DNA of 64,000 nucleotides from an uncultured Verrucomicrobiae bacterium. GTDB lineage: Bacteria > Verrucomicrobiota > Verrucomicrobiia > Chthoniobacterales > JAFAMB01. Shown piece after piece: positions 39,684-48,450 of the stretch. Positions within the stretch are counted from its first letter, which is position 1. Each line of letters opens with the position of its first letter. The position numbers and the translations under genes were made by a program. Where the stretch lies: assembly GCA_963837955.1 (NCBI GenBank), contig CAWIPH010000002.1, positions 3,584,001 through 3,648,000 of the forward strand. The letters are read 5' to 3'. The notes beneath the pieces were generated by a model. It did not search any database. It saw only the letters and a list, made by a program, of their open reading frames with translations, and was not told the DNA's origin.

Positions 39684-40529
39684 CTAATCATCTTTCGCTT
39701 CCAGATCCTCAGCGATTCTGTGCTCCAGTTCGCTCGTCGGTCCGGTATCTCGTTTCGCAATAAGATCGAGCTCAACGGCAAGTTCGTCTAATTCCTCTCC
39801 GCCTGCCATCATTTGCAATAATTTTTCGCGGTGGGTATCGGCCTTGCGGAAGGTCCCGTAGCTCCGGCCACGATTGAGGACGGTAAAGGTGTCACCGACC
39901 GCCCACGCATGGTGCACGTTATGGGTGATGAAGATGACGCCGATCCCTTTGGCCTTGGATTGAACGGTATACTTCAAAACAACCGCAGCCTCTTTCACGC
40001 CAAGCGCCGAAGTCGGTTCGTCCAGGATCAGCACCTTCGCACCAAAATAGACGGCGCGGGCGATCGCTACCGCCTGCCGTTCTCCGCCCGATAAAGTCCC
40101 GACCGCTTGGTCCGGGTCGCGCAGCCGGATCCCGATCTTTCTTAACTCTTCGGCTGTGATCTTTTCCGCGCTGGCGGAATCGAATACCTGGACTGGCCCG
40201 AAACTCTTTTTCGGTTCGCGTCCGAGGAAAAAGTTTCGGGTGATGCTCATTAACGGCAGCATCGCCAAATCTTGGAACACCGTAGCGATGCCAAGGTCAA
40301 GCGCTTGCCTTGGAGAATCCAATTCTACCCGGCTGTTCAGAAAACGGAACTCACCGCGGGTTGGCCGATGGACACCCGAAAGTATCTTGATCAAAGTCGA
40401 CTTTCCTGCGCCGTTGTCGCCAAGTAAGCAGTGCACTTCGCCCGGGAACAACTTGAACGAGATATCCTGAAGCGCCGTTACCTTTCCAAAAACCTTGTCG
40501 ATCCCGTGCAACTCAATGATCGGTTCCAT
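39684..40529 (-). CDS. Sugar/inositol ABC transporter ATP-binding protein
   Basis: [23 protein letters not shown] and DEPTSALG. Confidence 0.92.
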   Translation of the reverse strand: MEPIIELHGIDKVFGKVTALQDISFKLFPGEVHCLLGDNGAGKSTLIKILSGVHRPTRGEFRFLNSRVELDSPRQALDLGIATVFQDLAMLPLMSITRNFFLGREPKKSFGPVQVFDSASAEKITAEELRKIGIRLRDPDQAVGTLSGGERQAVAIARAVYFGAKVLILDEPTSALGVKEAAVVLKYTVQSKAKGIGVIFITHNVHHAWAVGDTFTVLNRGRSYGTFRKADTHREKLLQMMAGGEELDELAVELDLIAKRDTGPTSELEHRIAEDLEAKDD

Positions 40530-40570
40530 TAGTTTCGCCGTTGTTTGGGAATTAACCATAACCGGGTGCC

Positions 40571-41557
40571 TCAATTCGAACGTAGGGCCTGATGTCGTAG
40601 ATAGCTATTCAACAACACTGCAGCCAATAGCATCCCGCCCAACACCGCTCTGAACCAATCCGTGCTGATCCCGGTGTAGAAGATCCCTTGCTGAACCATG
40701 CCAAGGATCAACGCGCCGATCGTAGCCCCGAAGACCGATCCGTAGCCCCCGGTGAGAAGACATCCACCGATCACCGCGGCGGCAATTGACTCCAGTTCCT
40801 TCTGTTCACCTCGCAACACGTCTGCTGAACCCGTGTTCAACACTTGGATTACCGCCAGGAGCGTGGCAGAGGCGGCGGTCATCATGAACAGGGAAATTTT
40901 GACGCGAGCAACTGGTACGCCTACGTTGCGTGCGGCCAGCGCGTCCCCGCCAGAAGCGAAAATCCAGTTTCCATACGGGGTTTTGAACAGCACCCAACCC
41001 AGAACTATGGTGAGGACAATCCACCACCAGATGGAAATCGGTAATCCGAGTGGGCGCCCCGTGAAGATGATAGCGAGCAGATCGCCCTCGATATAGGCTC
41101 GCAGGCCGGATGCTCGAGTGAAGTTAGTAAATAGGAGGGTCAAGCCAATCGTAAATCCTCGTAATAGGTAGAGTGATGCCAGGGTAATAATAAATGAGGG
41201 AAGGCGAGTTTTCACAACCAGCCAACCGTTCACGTAGCCGATCAGCAAAGAGAACGAGAAAGCTAGTATAATTCCGAGCCAGAGTGGCCAGCCAAATTGA
41301 CTAACCGGAATAGCGATAATCATTCCAGCTGCGCCGATCATTGAGCCCACTGAGAGATCAAACTCACCGGCTATCATCAACAGCGACACCGCAGTAGCCA
41401 AAATCCCCAGCTGTGCCGAGACCTCAAGATAGTTGATCGTTCCTTGGGCCGACAAAAATCCCTGCTGACCTGCGACCGTGGCAAATAGAGCAAAGATGGC
41501 GATGGCCGCAATGCACGCCCCGAGCTCGGGCCGAACAAGCATTTTTCGCAGATTCAC
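40571..41557 (-). CDS. Sugar/inositol ABC transporter permease (RbsC-like)
   Basis: [17 protein letters not shown] and [19 protein letters not shown]. Confidence 0.92.
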   Translation of the reverse strand: MNLRKMLVRPELGACIAAIAIFALFATVAGQQGFLSAQGTINYLEVSAQLGILATAVSLLMIAGEFDLSVGSMIGAAGMIIAIPVSQFGWPLWLGIILAFSFSLLIGYVNGWLVVKTRLPSFIITLASLYLLRGFTIGLTLLFTNFTRASGLRAYIEGDLLAIIFTGRPLGLPISIWWWIVLTIVLGWVLFKTPYGNWIFASGGDALAARNVGVPVARVKISLFMMTAASATLLAVIQVLNTGSADVLRGEQKELESIAAAVIGGCLLTGGYGSVFGATIGALILGMVQQGIFYTGISTDWFRAVLGGMLLAAVLLNSYLRHQALRSN

Positions 41558-41576
41558 AGCGCGCCTTCCAGTTTAA

Positions 41577-41790
41577 GAATGGAGTATTGGAGTGTTGGAG
41601 TAATGGAGTAAGGCGTGGCTGCTGGCGAGGTAGATCATGTTGGATTCATCGATGACCAGCGTTTCGATCCTGGCGCAGTGCGGGACGGCAGTCCCTTCCA
41701 TCGAAACCTCGTTTGCGTCCCGGAGGCTCTCTCCATCATCGCACGACTCCAACATTCCATCACTCCATTACTCCATCTCGATCACTCCTC
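41577..41790. repeat. Inverted octamer arrays (TGGAGTNN)4 ... (ACTCCANN)4 forming a long hairpin
   Basis: 41580-41611 tggagtat-tggagtgt-tggagtaa-tggagtaa and 41746-41777 actccaac-attccatc-actccatt-actccatc. Confidence 0.75.
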
Positions 41791-41799
41791 CGCTCTATC

Positions 41800-42747
41800 C
41801 TAGCGAATCCCTTTCTTACTGAGATCGATCACCTGTTTAGCGGTTTCAGCTGTCACAAAACCCGGACCCGTTAACACAGTTTCATTCGCCGGCAAAAGCC
41901 CGTATTTGATGTAGTTTGCCATGATTACGACCGCCAAATAACCCTGTAGATACTGCTGTTGATCGATCGCGAAGTCCATCTGCTTCTTGTCAATTGCTTG
42001 CAGGACAGTCGCCGACAAATCGAAAGTGCCGAACTTAACTTTCCCGACCATCCCTGCGCTCTCCAGCGCTTGCAGAGCCGGTTCGGAACCGGTTGGACCC
42101 AGCGCGAGAATTCCTTCGACGTCAGGATTCTTCTGCAGGTAACTGGCTACCGCATTGCGAGCTTCGGTGAAGTCCATTTTGACAGCAAGTACCTCGGCGT
42201 TGGTACCAAGTCCTTCCGAGAATCCTTTCGCGCGCAAGTCCAGTGCAACATTTCCGACCTCTTGGTTGATCACAACCGCCTTTTTCACGCCCTGTGCCTT
42301 CATCCGGGCGCCGGCTCCTTTGCCAGCAATTTCTTCTTCTTGTCCGACGTGCAGGAGACAACCCAGCTTCTTCGAGACATCCGAGCCGGAATTAATCGAA
42401 ATAACTGGAATCTTCGCAGCAACTGCCGCTTGGATTGACTTTCCCAAGGCGTCTGCATCCGGGATTGACACAATCAGACCATCAGGCTTAGAAGCGATGG
42501 CGGCGTCGATCAACTGTGACATGGCGACCATGTCGAATTTTTCAGGTGCACGGTATTCGACGTCGCTACTCGTTTCCTTAGCGGCCGCCACGACACCATT
42601 CTTCACGACTAACCAGAATGAATCAGATACTTGACCATGGGTAACTACAATAATCTTCGGTTTCTTCTGGGCCTGAGCCGAGAGAGGGATCGCCAGGGCG
42701 GCGACGGCAAATACCGCGAGTAAACGCAGTTTAGTTAGTTTAATCAT
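41800..42747 (-). CDS. Sugar/inositol ABC transporter substrate-binding protein
   Basis: Signal peptide, VTHGQ.SD.FW.VVKNG and FAIDQQQYLQGY (periplasmic binding protein type I). Confidence 0.92.
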   Translation of the reverse strand: MIKLTKLRLLAVFAVAALAIPLSAQAQKKPKIIVVTHGQVSDSFWLVVKNGVVAAAKETSSDVEYRAPEKFDMVAMSQLIDAAIASKPDGLIVSIPDADALGKSIQAAVAAKIPVISINSGSDVSKKLGCLLHVGQEEEIAGKGAGARMKAQGVKKAVVINQEVGNVALDLRAKGFSEGLGTNAEVLAVKMDFTEARNAVASYLQKNPDVEGILALGPTGSEPALQALESAGMVGKVKFGTFDLSATVLQAIDKKQMDFAIDQQQYLQGYLAVVIMANYIKYGLLPANETVLTGPGFVTAETAKQVIDLSKKGIR

Positions 42748-42790
42748 TATGTTGGGGGGTTGGGGTTGGGGAATAAATCAGTGAGGCGCA

Positions 42791-43588
42791 TTAGACAGCT
42801 TCCGCCAAAGATGTTTCAGGCGACGGACCAGCCAGGCGATAGGGAATCTCTCGCGCGGCAAAGGCTTCCAAGAAATGAGCCGGGATACCTGGATCAGTAA
42901 TGATCATCGCAATTTCGTCGAGCCGCGCGTAGGTCGCCAGGCAAGCGTGTCCGAACTTTGACCCATCGGATAGCACGTAAGATTCGTCAGCGGAGCGAAT
43001 CATCGCGCGTTTCACCTCAGCATCTAACGGATTCGGCGTGCTGTGTCCGTGAGCGATGGTTGTACCGGAAGATCCCAGGAAAGCTCGGTCGGCATGATAA
43101 CTTTCCAGAGTTTGAACTGCCGTTGGACCAATCAGCGCTAGACTATGATTACGAACTTGTCCGCCCACCAGGAGCAACTCGTATCCGGCCCGGGAAAGCT
43201 CGAGCGCTACGGGCACTGAACTTGTAAGCACGTAGAGCGATTGGAATTTGCCGACTAGTGCTGACGCCAACGAGAGCGTAGTGCTACCTGCATCTATGAT
43301 GATGGTGTCACCCTCGTGAATGTATTCCAGCGCGGCCCGGGCGATCGCTTCTTTCTGTTCGGCCTGCAAATTCACTTTCTCCATGAAAGAGATGTTGAAT
43401 CGACTTCTGTGCGAAAAGACGGCGCCTCCATAGGTTCGCTGCAGAAGTCCCTGCTCTTCGAGCTCGGTTAGATCCTTGCGAATGGTGACCTGACTGACTG
43501 CGAAGCGCTCGGACAGGTCTTCGACCCGGACGCTTCCAGCTTCCTCCAACGAAAGGAGGATCTTGCGACGTCTCGCTTCGGCAGTCAT
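42791..43588 (-). CDS. DeoR/GlpR family regulator (IolR-like)
   Basis: VSQVTIRKDL..LE..GLL.RTYGGA, IDAGSTT and D.SKFG. Confidence 0.92.
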   Translation of the reverse strand: MTAEARRRKILLSLEEAGSVRVEDLSERFAVSQVTIRKDLTELEEQGLLQRTYGGAVFSHRSRFNISFMEKVNLQAEQKEAIARAALEYIHEGDTIIIDAGSTTLSLASALVGKFQSLYVLTSSVPVALELSRAGYELLLVGGQVRNHSLALIGPTAVQTLESYHADRAFLGSSGTTIAHGHSTPNPLDAEVKRAMIRSADESYVLSDGSKFGHACLATYARLDEIAMIITDPGIPAHFLEAFAAREIPYRLAGPSPETSLAEAV

Positions 43589-43622
43589 TCCAAATTCGTC
43601 CACGGTTAGCGCGTTGTATTAG

Positions 43623-44441
43623 TTACTTGGCCCCAATCGGAACGGTGATGGGGTTTCCACTCCAATTCGTCGCAACCCAGTCGTACTCCGGGTCATTGAC
43701 CGCCGAGATGCGCCGAACATCACCGGCCAAAAAATTCAGATAGTAAGCGTTGGTGCCCGGAGCTTTTACCACTGGGTGGTATCCTTCGTGCACTAACACC
43801 AAATCGCCGTTCTGTACCGGTATTGCGATATCGAGGTCGGTACCGCGAGTATAAATGCGCTGAATCGCAAATCCGTTACTTGGTTGAAACCGGTAGTAGT
43901 AAGTTTCCTCGTGATAGGACGAGTGATCCCGCGTGTCGTGTCGATGCGGAGGAAAGCTCGACCAGTTGCCGCTCGGCGTATGAATCTCAAAGGCGGTTAG
44001 TCTTTCGGTCAGCTGATCCGAGTCCGCCAGCGTGCTCACGCTGCGTTTGGCGTTAGCGTCACCGCGGATGCCGACCGAAATTTCGGAGCGCCCGATAACT
44101 CGTGTCGGAAGTCGCCCTTCCGCCGGCGCACCACCTATCGCTAACTCAGCCGGCTCGGTGGCCTTGACCGAAAACTGCGTTTGCGGCGGTAGATAAAAAA
44201 TGTCAGTAGGACCGGCGAAAACGCTGGCCCGCTCGAACGGATGATCCCTTTTGCCAAAAGAGCAAAATCCCTTTCCGGATAACGGCACAACAATTACTTC
44301 ATTAGCGCCGGTATTTAGTTCCACACTGTTCCCGGGGTCGAGCGCTTCCACCCGAAACGAAAGATACTTCCAACCTGCCGTTTCTGGCGTGATGTCGATT
44401 CGGGTCCGGCTGGTTAAATCGGGTCGGTAATGCCGTTTCAT
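43623..44441 (-). CDS. iolB: 5-deoxy-glucuronate isomerase
   Basis: ITPETAGW.Y, TPSGNWSSFPPHRHD, EETYYYR, GYHP and YYLN.LAG. ATGA overlap with the upstream gene. Confidence 0.92.
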   Translation of the reverse strand: MKRHYRPDLTSRTRIDITPETAGWKYLSFRVEALDPGNSVELNTGANEVIVVPLSGKGFCSFGKRDHPFERASVFAGPTDIFYLPPQTQFSVKATEPAELAIGGAPAEGRLPTRVIGRSEISVGIRGDANAKRSVSTLADSDQLTERLTAFEIHTPSGNWSSFPPHRHDTRDHSSYHEETYYYRFQPSNGFAIQRIYTRGTDLDIAIPVQNGDLVLVHEGYHPVVKAPGTNAYYLNFLAGDVRRISAVNDPEYDWVATNWSGNPITVPIGAK

Positions 44442-45454
44442 GTAGTAATCTCCGAAAGCTTCACGGACCGCTTTTCTCTCCAACTACGGGTTGCCGCGAT
44501 AGCTAATCGCAGCGTTTCCAATGCGTCCTCTGCGCCGGGGGTCGGCGGTTGGCCATTCTGGAGAGCCTTGAAGAAAGCTTCTATTTCGAGCCGGTAGCCG
44601 GCAGCGAAACGATCCGGGAAATTTTCGAAGTGATCAAAGCTCGCCGCGAAGTTGCGCGAGAAAACGGCTGGAGTTTTCTGAACTGCTTCGACCACCACTT
44701 TTCCTTCCGCTCCAGCGATCTCGGTTCGGATATCATAACCCCAATTGGAGCGGCGGGACGTCTCGACTACCCCAAAGGCGCCATTAGCGAAACGCAAGAA
44801 TGCTACCGCCGTATCGGCGTCGTCTGCCTCGGCAAACCGGGAGTCGATTAAGACGGTGCCCCAGGCGTGAACCTCCTCGACTTCGCCCACCAGAAAGCGG
44901 GCCAGATCAAGATCGTGGACAGCCATGTCGAGAAAAAGTCCGCCGCTTTGCCGAAGAAACTTCAGACTGGGCGGATAGGTATCGCGGCTAAGCGCTCGAA
45001 ACGTTTCGATCCGACCGAGTTCACCGGCATCGATCCGCTTTTTGGCGGCCACGTATCCCGGATCGTACCGGCGCATAAACCCAAGTTGCACTTGCGCTTT
45101 AGACTCGCGGACGAGTTCGACCACTCGTTTTGTTTCGGCCAGGTCCAAGGCGATCGGCTTTTCGCTGAAGACCGCTTTACCGGCGCGTATCGCCAATTCG
45201 ATTAACCGAGCATGTGTGTCGGTCGGAGTTACAATCACGACCGCGTCAACCGAGGGATGGTTGATTGCCTCTTCAATTTCGGTGGTAGCGATCTCAGCGC
45301 CGGAAAGCCGTTTGCCGGATTCGGCTGATTCCAGATTCGGGTCAGCCACGACGACTACTTGGACATCCGACAAGCCGCCGAGATTCCGGAGGTGTGTTTC
45401 GCCCATCCGACCAACGCCAAGGAAAGCAACCCCAATAGTAGAGCTGGTTTTCAT
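44438..45454 (-). CDS. iolG: Inositol dehydrogenase (Gfo/Idh/MocA), paralog 2
   Basis: GVGRMG, TPTDTH, EKPIA, GFMRRYD, SGGLFLDMAVHDLD and GYDIRTE. Confidence 0.85.
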   Translation of the reverse strand: MKTSSTIGVAFLGVGRMGETHLRNLGGLSDVQVVVVADPNLESAESGKRLSGAEIATTEIEEAINHPSVDAVVIVTPTDTHARLIELAIRAGKAVFSEKPIALDLAETKRVVELVRESKAQVQLGFMRRYDPGYVAAKKRIDAGELGRIETFRALSRDTYPPSLKFLRQSGGLFLDMAVHDLDLARFLVGEVEEVHAWGTVLIDSRFAEADDADTAVAFLRFANGAFGVVETSRRSNWGYDIRTEIAGAEGKVVVEAVQKTPAVFSRNFAASFDHFENFPDRFAAGYRLEIEAFFKALQNGQPPTPGAEDALETLRLAIAATRSWREKRSVKLSEITT

Positions 45455-45565
45455 TCTAAAGTCCTCCTGGACTCGAAAATCTTCGTGCGCGCCGCCGGAG
45501 GAGGTCTGACGCAAGCCTTCGAAGAGTTTCCTTACGTGCCTGGCCAATCATCGCTCTCATCGTGG

Positions 45566-46576
45566 CTAACCAATCTCTTGCAGCTGGACGAGCCGGCCAA
45601 GCTTTTGGCTTTGGGTTGCGGCTAATCCGATCCGCAATGCACCGATTGCATCTGCAGCGCCGGGACTCGGACTTGTCCGTTCTAAGACCGCGGTAAAAAA
45701 AGATTCTAATTCGGCCCGAAACGCATCCCCGAACCGATCCATGAAGAAATGATGATGATCTTGCTCCGAACCACCTTCCCTGAAAAAGCGTAACGGAGTT
45801 TTTCGTTCCGCCTGCACGACTAGTTTACCCCTCTCGCCAAATACTTCTGTCACGATGTCGTAGCCGTAAACCGCACGCCGCGAATTCTCGATCACTCCCA
45901 GGGCTCCATTTTTGAAACGCAAGATTGTTGTTGCGGTATCGACGTCGCCTAACTCTGCGGCATCCTGGCTGAAGCGAGCGACTCCGACCGCAAAGACGGA
46001 CTCCACTTCACCGACCAAGAAGCGGGCGAGATCGAAGTCATGGATCGCTTGATCCAAAAAAAGCCCTCCGCTTTTCGCGAGGTATTCTTTTGGTGGCGGC
46101 CCCGGGTCACGACCCACCGCCCGAAACTGGTCAATGCGGCCTAATAATCCCTGTTCAATTCTTTTCCGCGCTTCCGCGTAGCCTGAATCAAATCGTCTTT
46201 GGAATCCGATTTGAAATGGAACGCCGCTCTCTTTGACGATTGCGAGGGCTCGCTTGGTCCGCTCCAGGTCAAGCGCAACCGGCTTCTCGCAGAAGATCGC
46301 TTTGTTTTTGCGTGCGCTCTCTTCAATTAACTCCGCGTGACTATCCGTCGGAGTGCATATGACGACTGCGTCCACCTCACGTGAAGATAAAATCTCGGCA
46401 GTCTGATCGGTGGCCGTCGCACCCGGTATGGCCGCAGCCATTTTGCGGGCGGCCTCCAGACGCGGATCGCAGACCGCAACCACTTGAACCCGGGGATCGG
46501 CAATCAAACTCTTACTATGTTCTTGACCGATTCGCCCGGCGCCTAGCAAAGCCACCCGGAGTTTTGCGTCGCTCAT
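45566..46576 (-). CDS. iolG: Inositol 2-dehydrogenase (Gfo/Idh/MocA), paralog 1
   Basis: GAGRIG, CEKPVA, GFQRRFD, RDPGPP, SGGLFLDQAIHDFD and NSRRAVYGYD. Confidence 0.88.
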   Translation of the reverse strand: MSDAKLRVALLGAGRIGQEHSKSLIADPRVQVVAVCDPRLEAARKMAAAIPGATATDQTAEILSSREVDAVVICTPTDSHAELIEESARKNKAIFCEKPVALDLERTKRALAIVKESGVPFQIGFQRRFDSGYAEARKRIEQGLLGRIDQFRAVGRDPGPPPKEYLAKSGGLFLDQAIHDFDLARFLVGEVESVFAVGVARFSQDAAELGDVDTATTILRFKNGALGVIENSRRAVYGYDIVTEVFGERGKLVVQAERKTPLRFFREGGSEQDHHHFFMDRFGDAFRAELESFFTAVLERTSPSPGAADAIGALRIGLAATQSQKLGRLVQLQEIG

Positions 46577-47499
46577 CGTGCTTGTTTTCTTTTGATTTGC
46601 TCCGCTACGCGCCGGGCCGACAACTGGTATTTATCGAGTAGAAACTCGTTCGGGGCGGATTCGCCCCACTCGTCTTGCATTCCGAGACGAAATACCCGCC
46701 GCGGCGAGTACTCCGAAAGTATTTCGGTGACCAAACCGCCCAGACCACCCAGACGGCTATGCTCTTCCACCGTGAACACCAGATCAAATTTCTCACAAAC
46801 TCTTAAGAGATCCTCGTACCGTAGCGGCTTGATCGAAGGAACATGGAGAACAGCAGCTGAAATCCCTTCTTTCTCGAGCTCCTGCGCCGCCTCGAGGCAC
46901 CGAGAGGATTGCGGCCCGGTGGAGATCATCAACAGATCGGATCCGTCGCGCAGCTGGTGCACTGCTCCGGGTTCAAACCGATAATCCGGTCCAAAAACGG
47001 CCGGACTCGGATCACGAGTCAGACGCAGATAAACCGGTCCAACATAGTCGCTCGCCCAGTGAATCATCGCCGCGCATTCGAATTCATCGGCGGGCGCAAG
47101 CACCGTCATTCCCGGCATCGCCCGCATGATGGCCAGATCCTCGACGTCCTGGTGAGTCTTCCCGGTGAATCCGGTCAGTAAGCCGGAGTAGGCTGCACCT
47201 ATCTTTACGTTCGCATGGGTTTGCGCCACCAACATCCGGACCGGGTCAAGCGCGCGATGCGTGAAGAAAATCGTAAATGACGACAGCCAGGGAACAAATC
47301 CAAGCGCTGCCATCCCGACGGCAGTGCCTACCATATTCTGTTCGGCGATCCCCATTTCCAGAAAACGGTCAGGGTGCGCTTGCGCAAATTTGTCCGCTTT
47401 AGTCGAGTTCGCCAAGTCGGCGTCCAAGACCACGATCGATTCATTTTGTCGCGCGAGTTCGCTGAGAGTCTCGCCGAACACATCCCGAAGCGCTTTCAC
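46573..47499 (-). CDS. Transketolase, C-terminal (pyrimidine-binding) subunit
   Basis: LDADLA.ST, GIAEQNM, G.THQ..ED, GPVYLRL and TVEEH...GGLG. GTG start overlaps the N-subunit stop. Confidence 0.9.
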   Translation of the reverse strand: MKALRDVFGETLSELARQNESIVVLDADLANSTKADKFAQAHPDRFLEMGIAEQNMVGTAVGMAALGFVPWLSSFTIFFTHRALDPVRMLVAQTHANVKIGAAYSGLLTGFTGKTHQDVEDLAIMRAMPGMTVLAPADEFECAAMIHWASDYVGPVYLRLTRDPSPAVFGPDYRFEPGAVHQLRDGSDLLMISTGPQSSRCLEAAQELEKEGISAAVLHVPSIKPLRYEDLLRVCEKFDLVFTVEEHSRLGGLGGLVTEILSEYSPRRVFRLGMQDEWGESAPNEFLLDKYQLSARRVAEQIKRKQAR

Positions 47500-48374
47500 T
47501 TGGTTACCTCCTTTATCCCAAGCTCTCGCCGCGCAATTTCGAGTTCGTTGCTGTTCGCCACCTTTGAGTGCCATTCAAATTTTCCTTCCGTAAATGAGAG
47601 TCCCTTCCCTTTGGCAGTGTGAGCCAGAATCATCGTTGGTTGGCCAACTCGTCCCCGAGACTTCGAATCCTGTAGCACCGGAATAATCTCGCCAAAGTTG
47701 TGGCCGTCGATCTCAACCACGTTCCAACCGAGTCCTTTAAAGACCATTGGAAGATCGGCTCCAGACCAGGGATCTCGGCGATCCGCACGCCCGACCGCGC
47801 CAGCCTCGTTCAACCACCCAAACTGCTGTAGTCCGTTCGAGTCGAGAATCGCGGTAAGGTTTGCGACTTTGTATCGCGGTGCGATATGCAGCGCTTCCCA
47901 AACCATTCCTTCCTGGAGCTCACCGTCACCGATCATGACGAACGTTTGAAAACCAAGGCCTTTCCTCTGAGCGGCGATGGCAAAGCCAAGTCCGACAGAT
48001 AAACCCATCCCGAGCGAACCGGTCGAAGTCTCTAGCCCCGGTAATTTGGTCATATCCGGATGCCCCTGGAGCCGTGAATTTCCCTTATCGAACGTCTTCA
48101 GTTCTTCGACTGGAAAGTAGCCCCTGAGCGCCATCGCAGTGTAGAGGCCGATCGCGGCGTGACCCTTCGAAAGAATGAATCGGTCTCGATCCGGCCACTT
48201 CGGCTCGTCCGGCCGAACCGCCATAACTCGAAAAAAGAGCGCTATGAGTAAATCCATAGCTGACATCGGCCCCCCGACATGACCCGCTCCACTGGCAGAC
48301 ACAGTTTGCAGGACGTGCCAGCGGCCTTGTCGGGCTAACGATTCGAGTTCAGAAAAATCGGTGGGGTTAGTCAT
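47496..48374 (-). CDS. Transketolase, N-terminal (ThDP-binding) subunit
   Basis: GHVGG.MS, DRDRFILSKGH, LQGHP, STGSLG.GLS, GDGELQEG..WEA, DGHN and T.KGKG. Confidence 0.92.
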   Translation of the reverse strand: MTNPTDFSELESLARQGRWHVLQTVSASGAGHVGGPMSAMDLLIALFFRVMAVRPDEPKWPDRDRFILSKGHAAIGLYTAMALRGYFPVEELKTFDKGNSRLQGHPDMTKLPGLETSTGSLGMGLSVGLGFAIAAQRKGLGFQTFVMIGDGELQEGMVWEALHIAPRYKVANLTAILDSNGLQQFGWLNEAGAVGRADRRDPWSGADLPMVFKGLGWNVVEIDGHNFGEIIPVLQDSKSRGRVGQPTMILAHTAKGKGLSFTEGKFEWHSKVANSNELEIARRELGIKEVTK

Positions 48375-48450
48375 AACAGCATATTTTCAGGGTTGGTGCA
48401 TTTGTAACGTCGGCGTTGTTCCAGTTGACCGGAGCGGTAGCGATTCTCAT
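48367..48450 (-). pseudogene. iolE: Deletion scar of 2-keto-myo-inositol dehydratase (iolE): only the first about 15 codons remain
   Basis: The ATG overlaps the iolD stop (ATGA) and encodes MRIATAPVNWNNADV, the IolE N-terminal motif type (IAPxxWxNxD). It then runs out within 84 bp. Confidence 0.7.
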
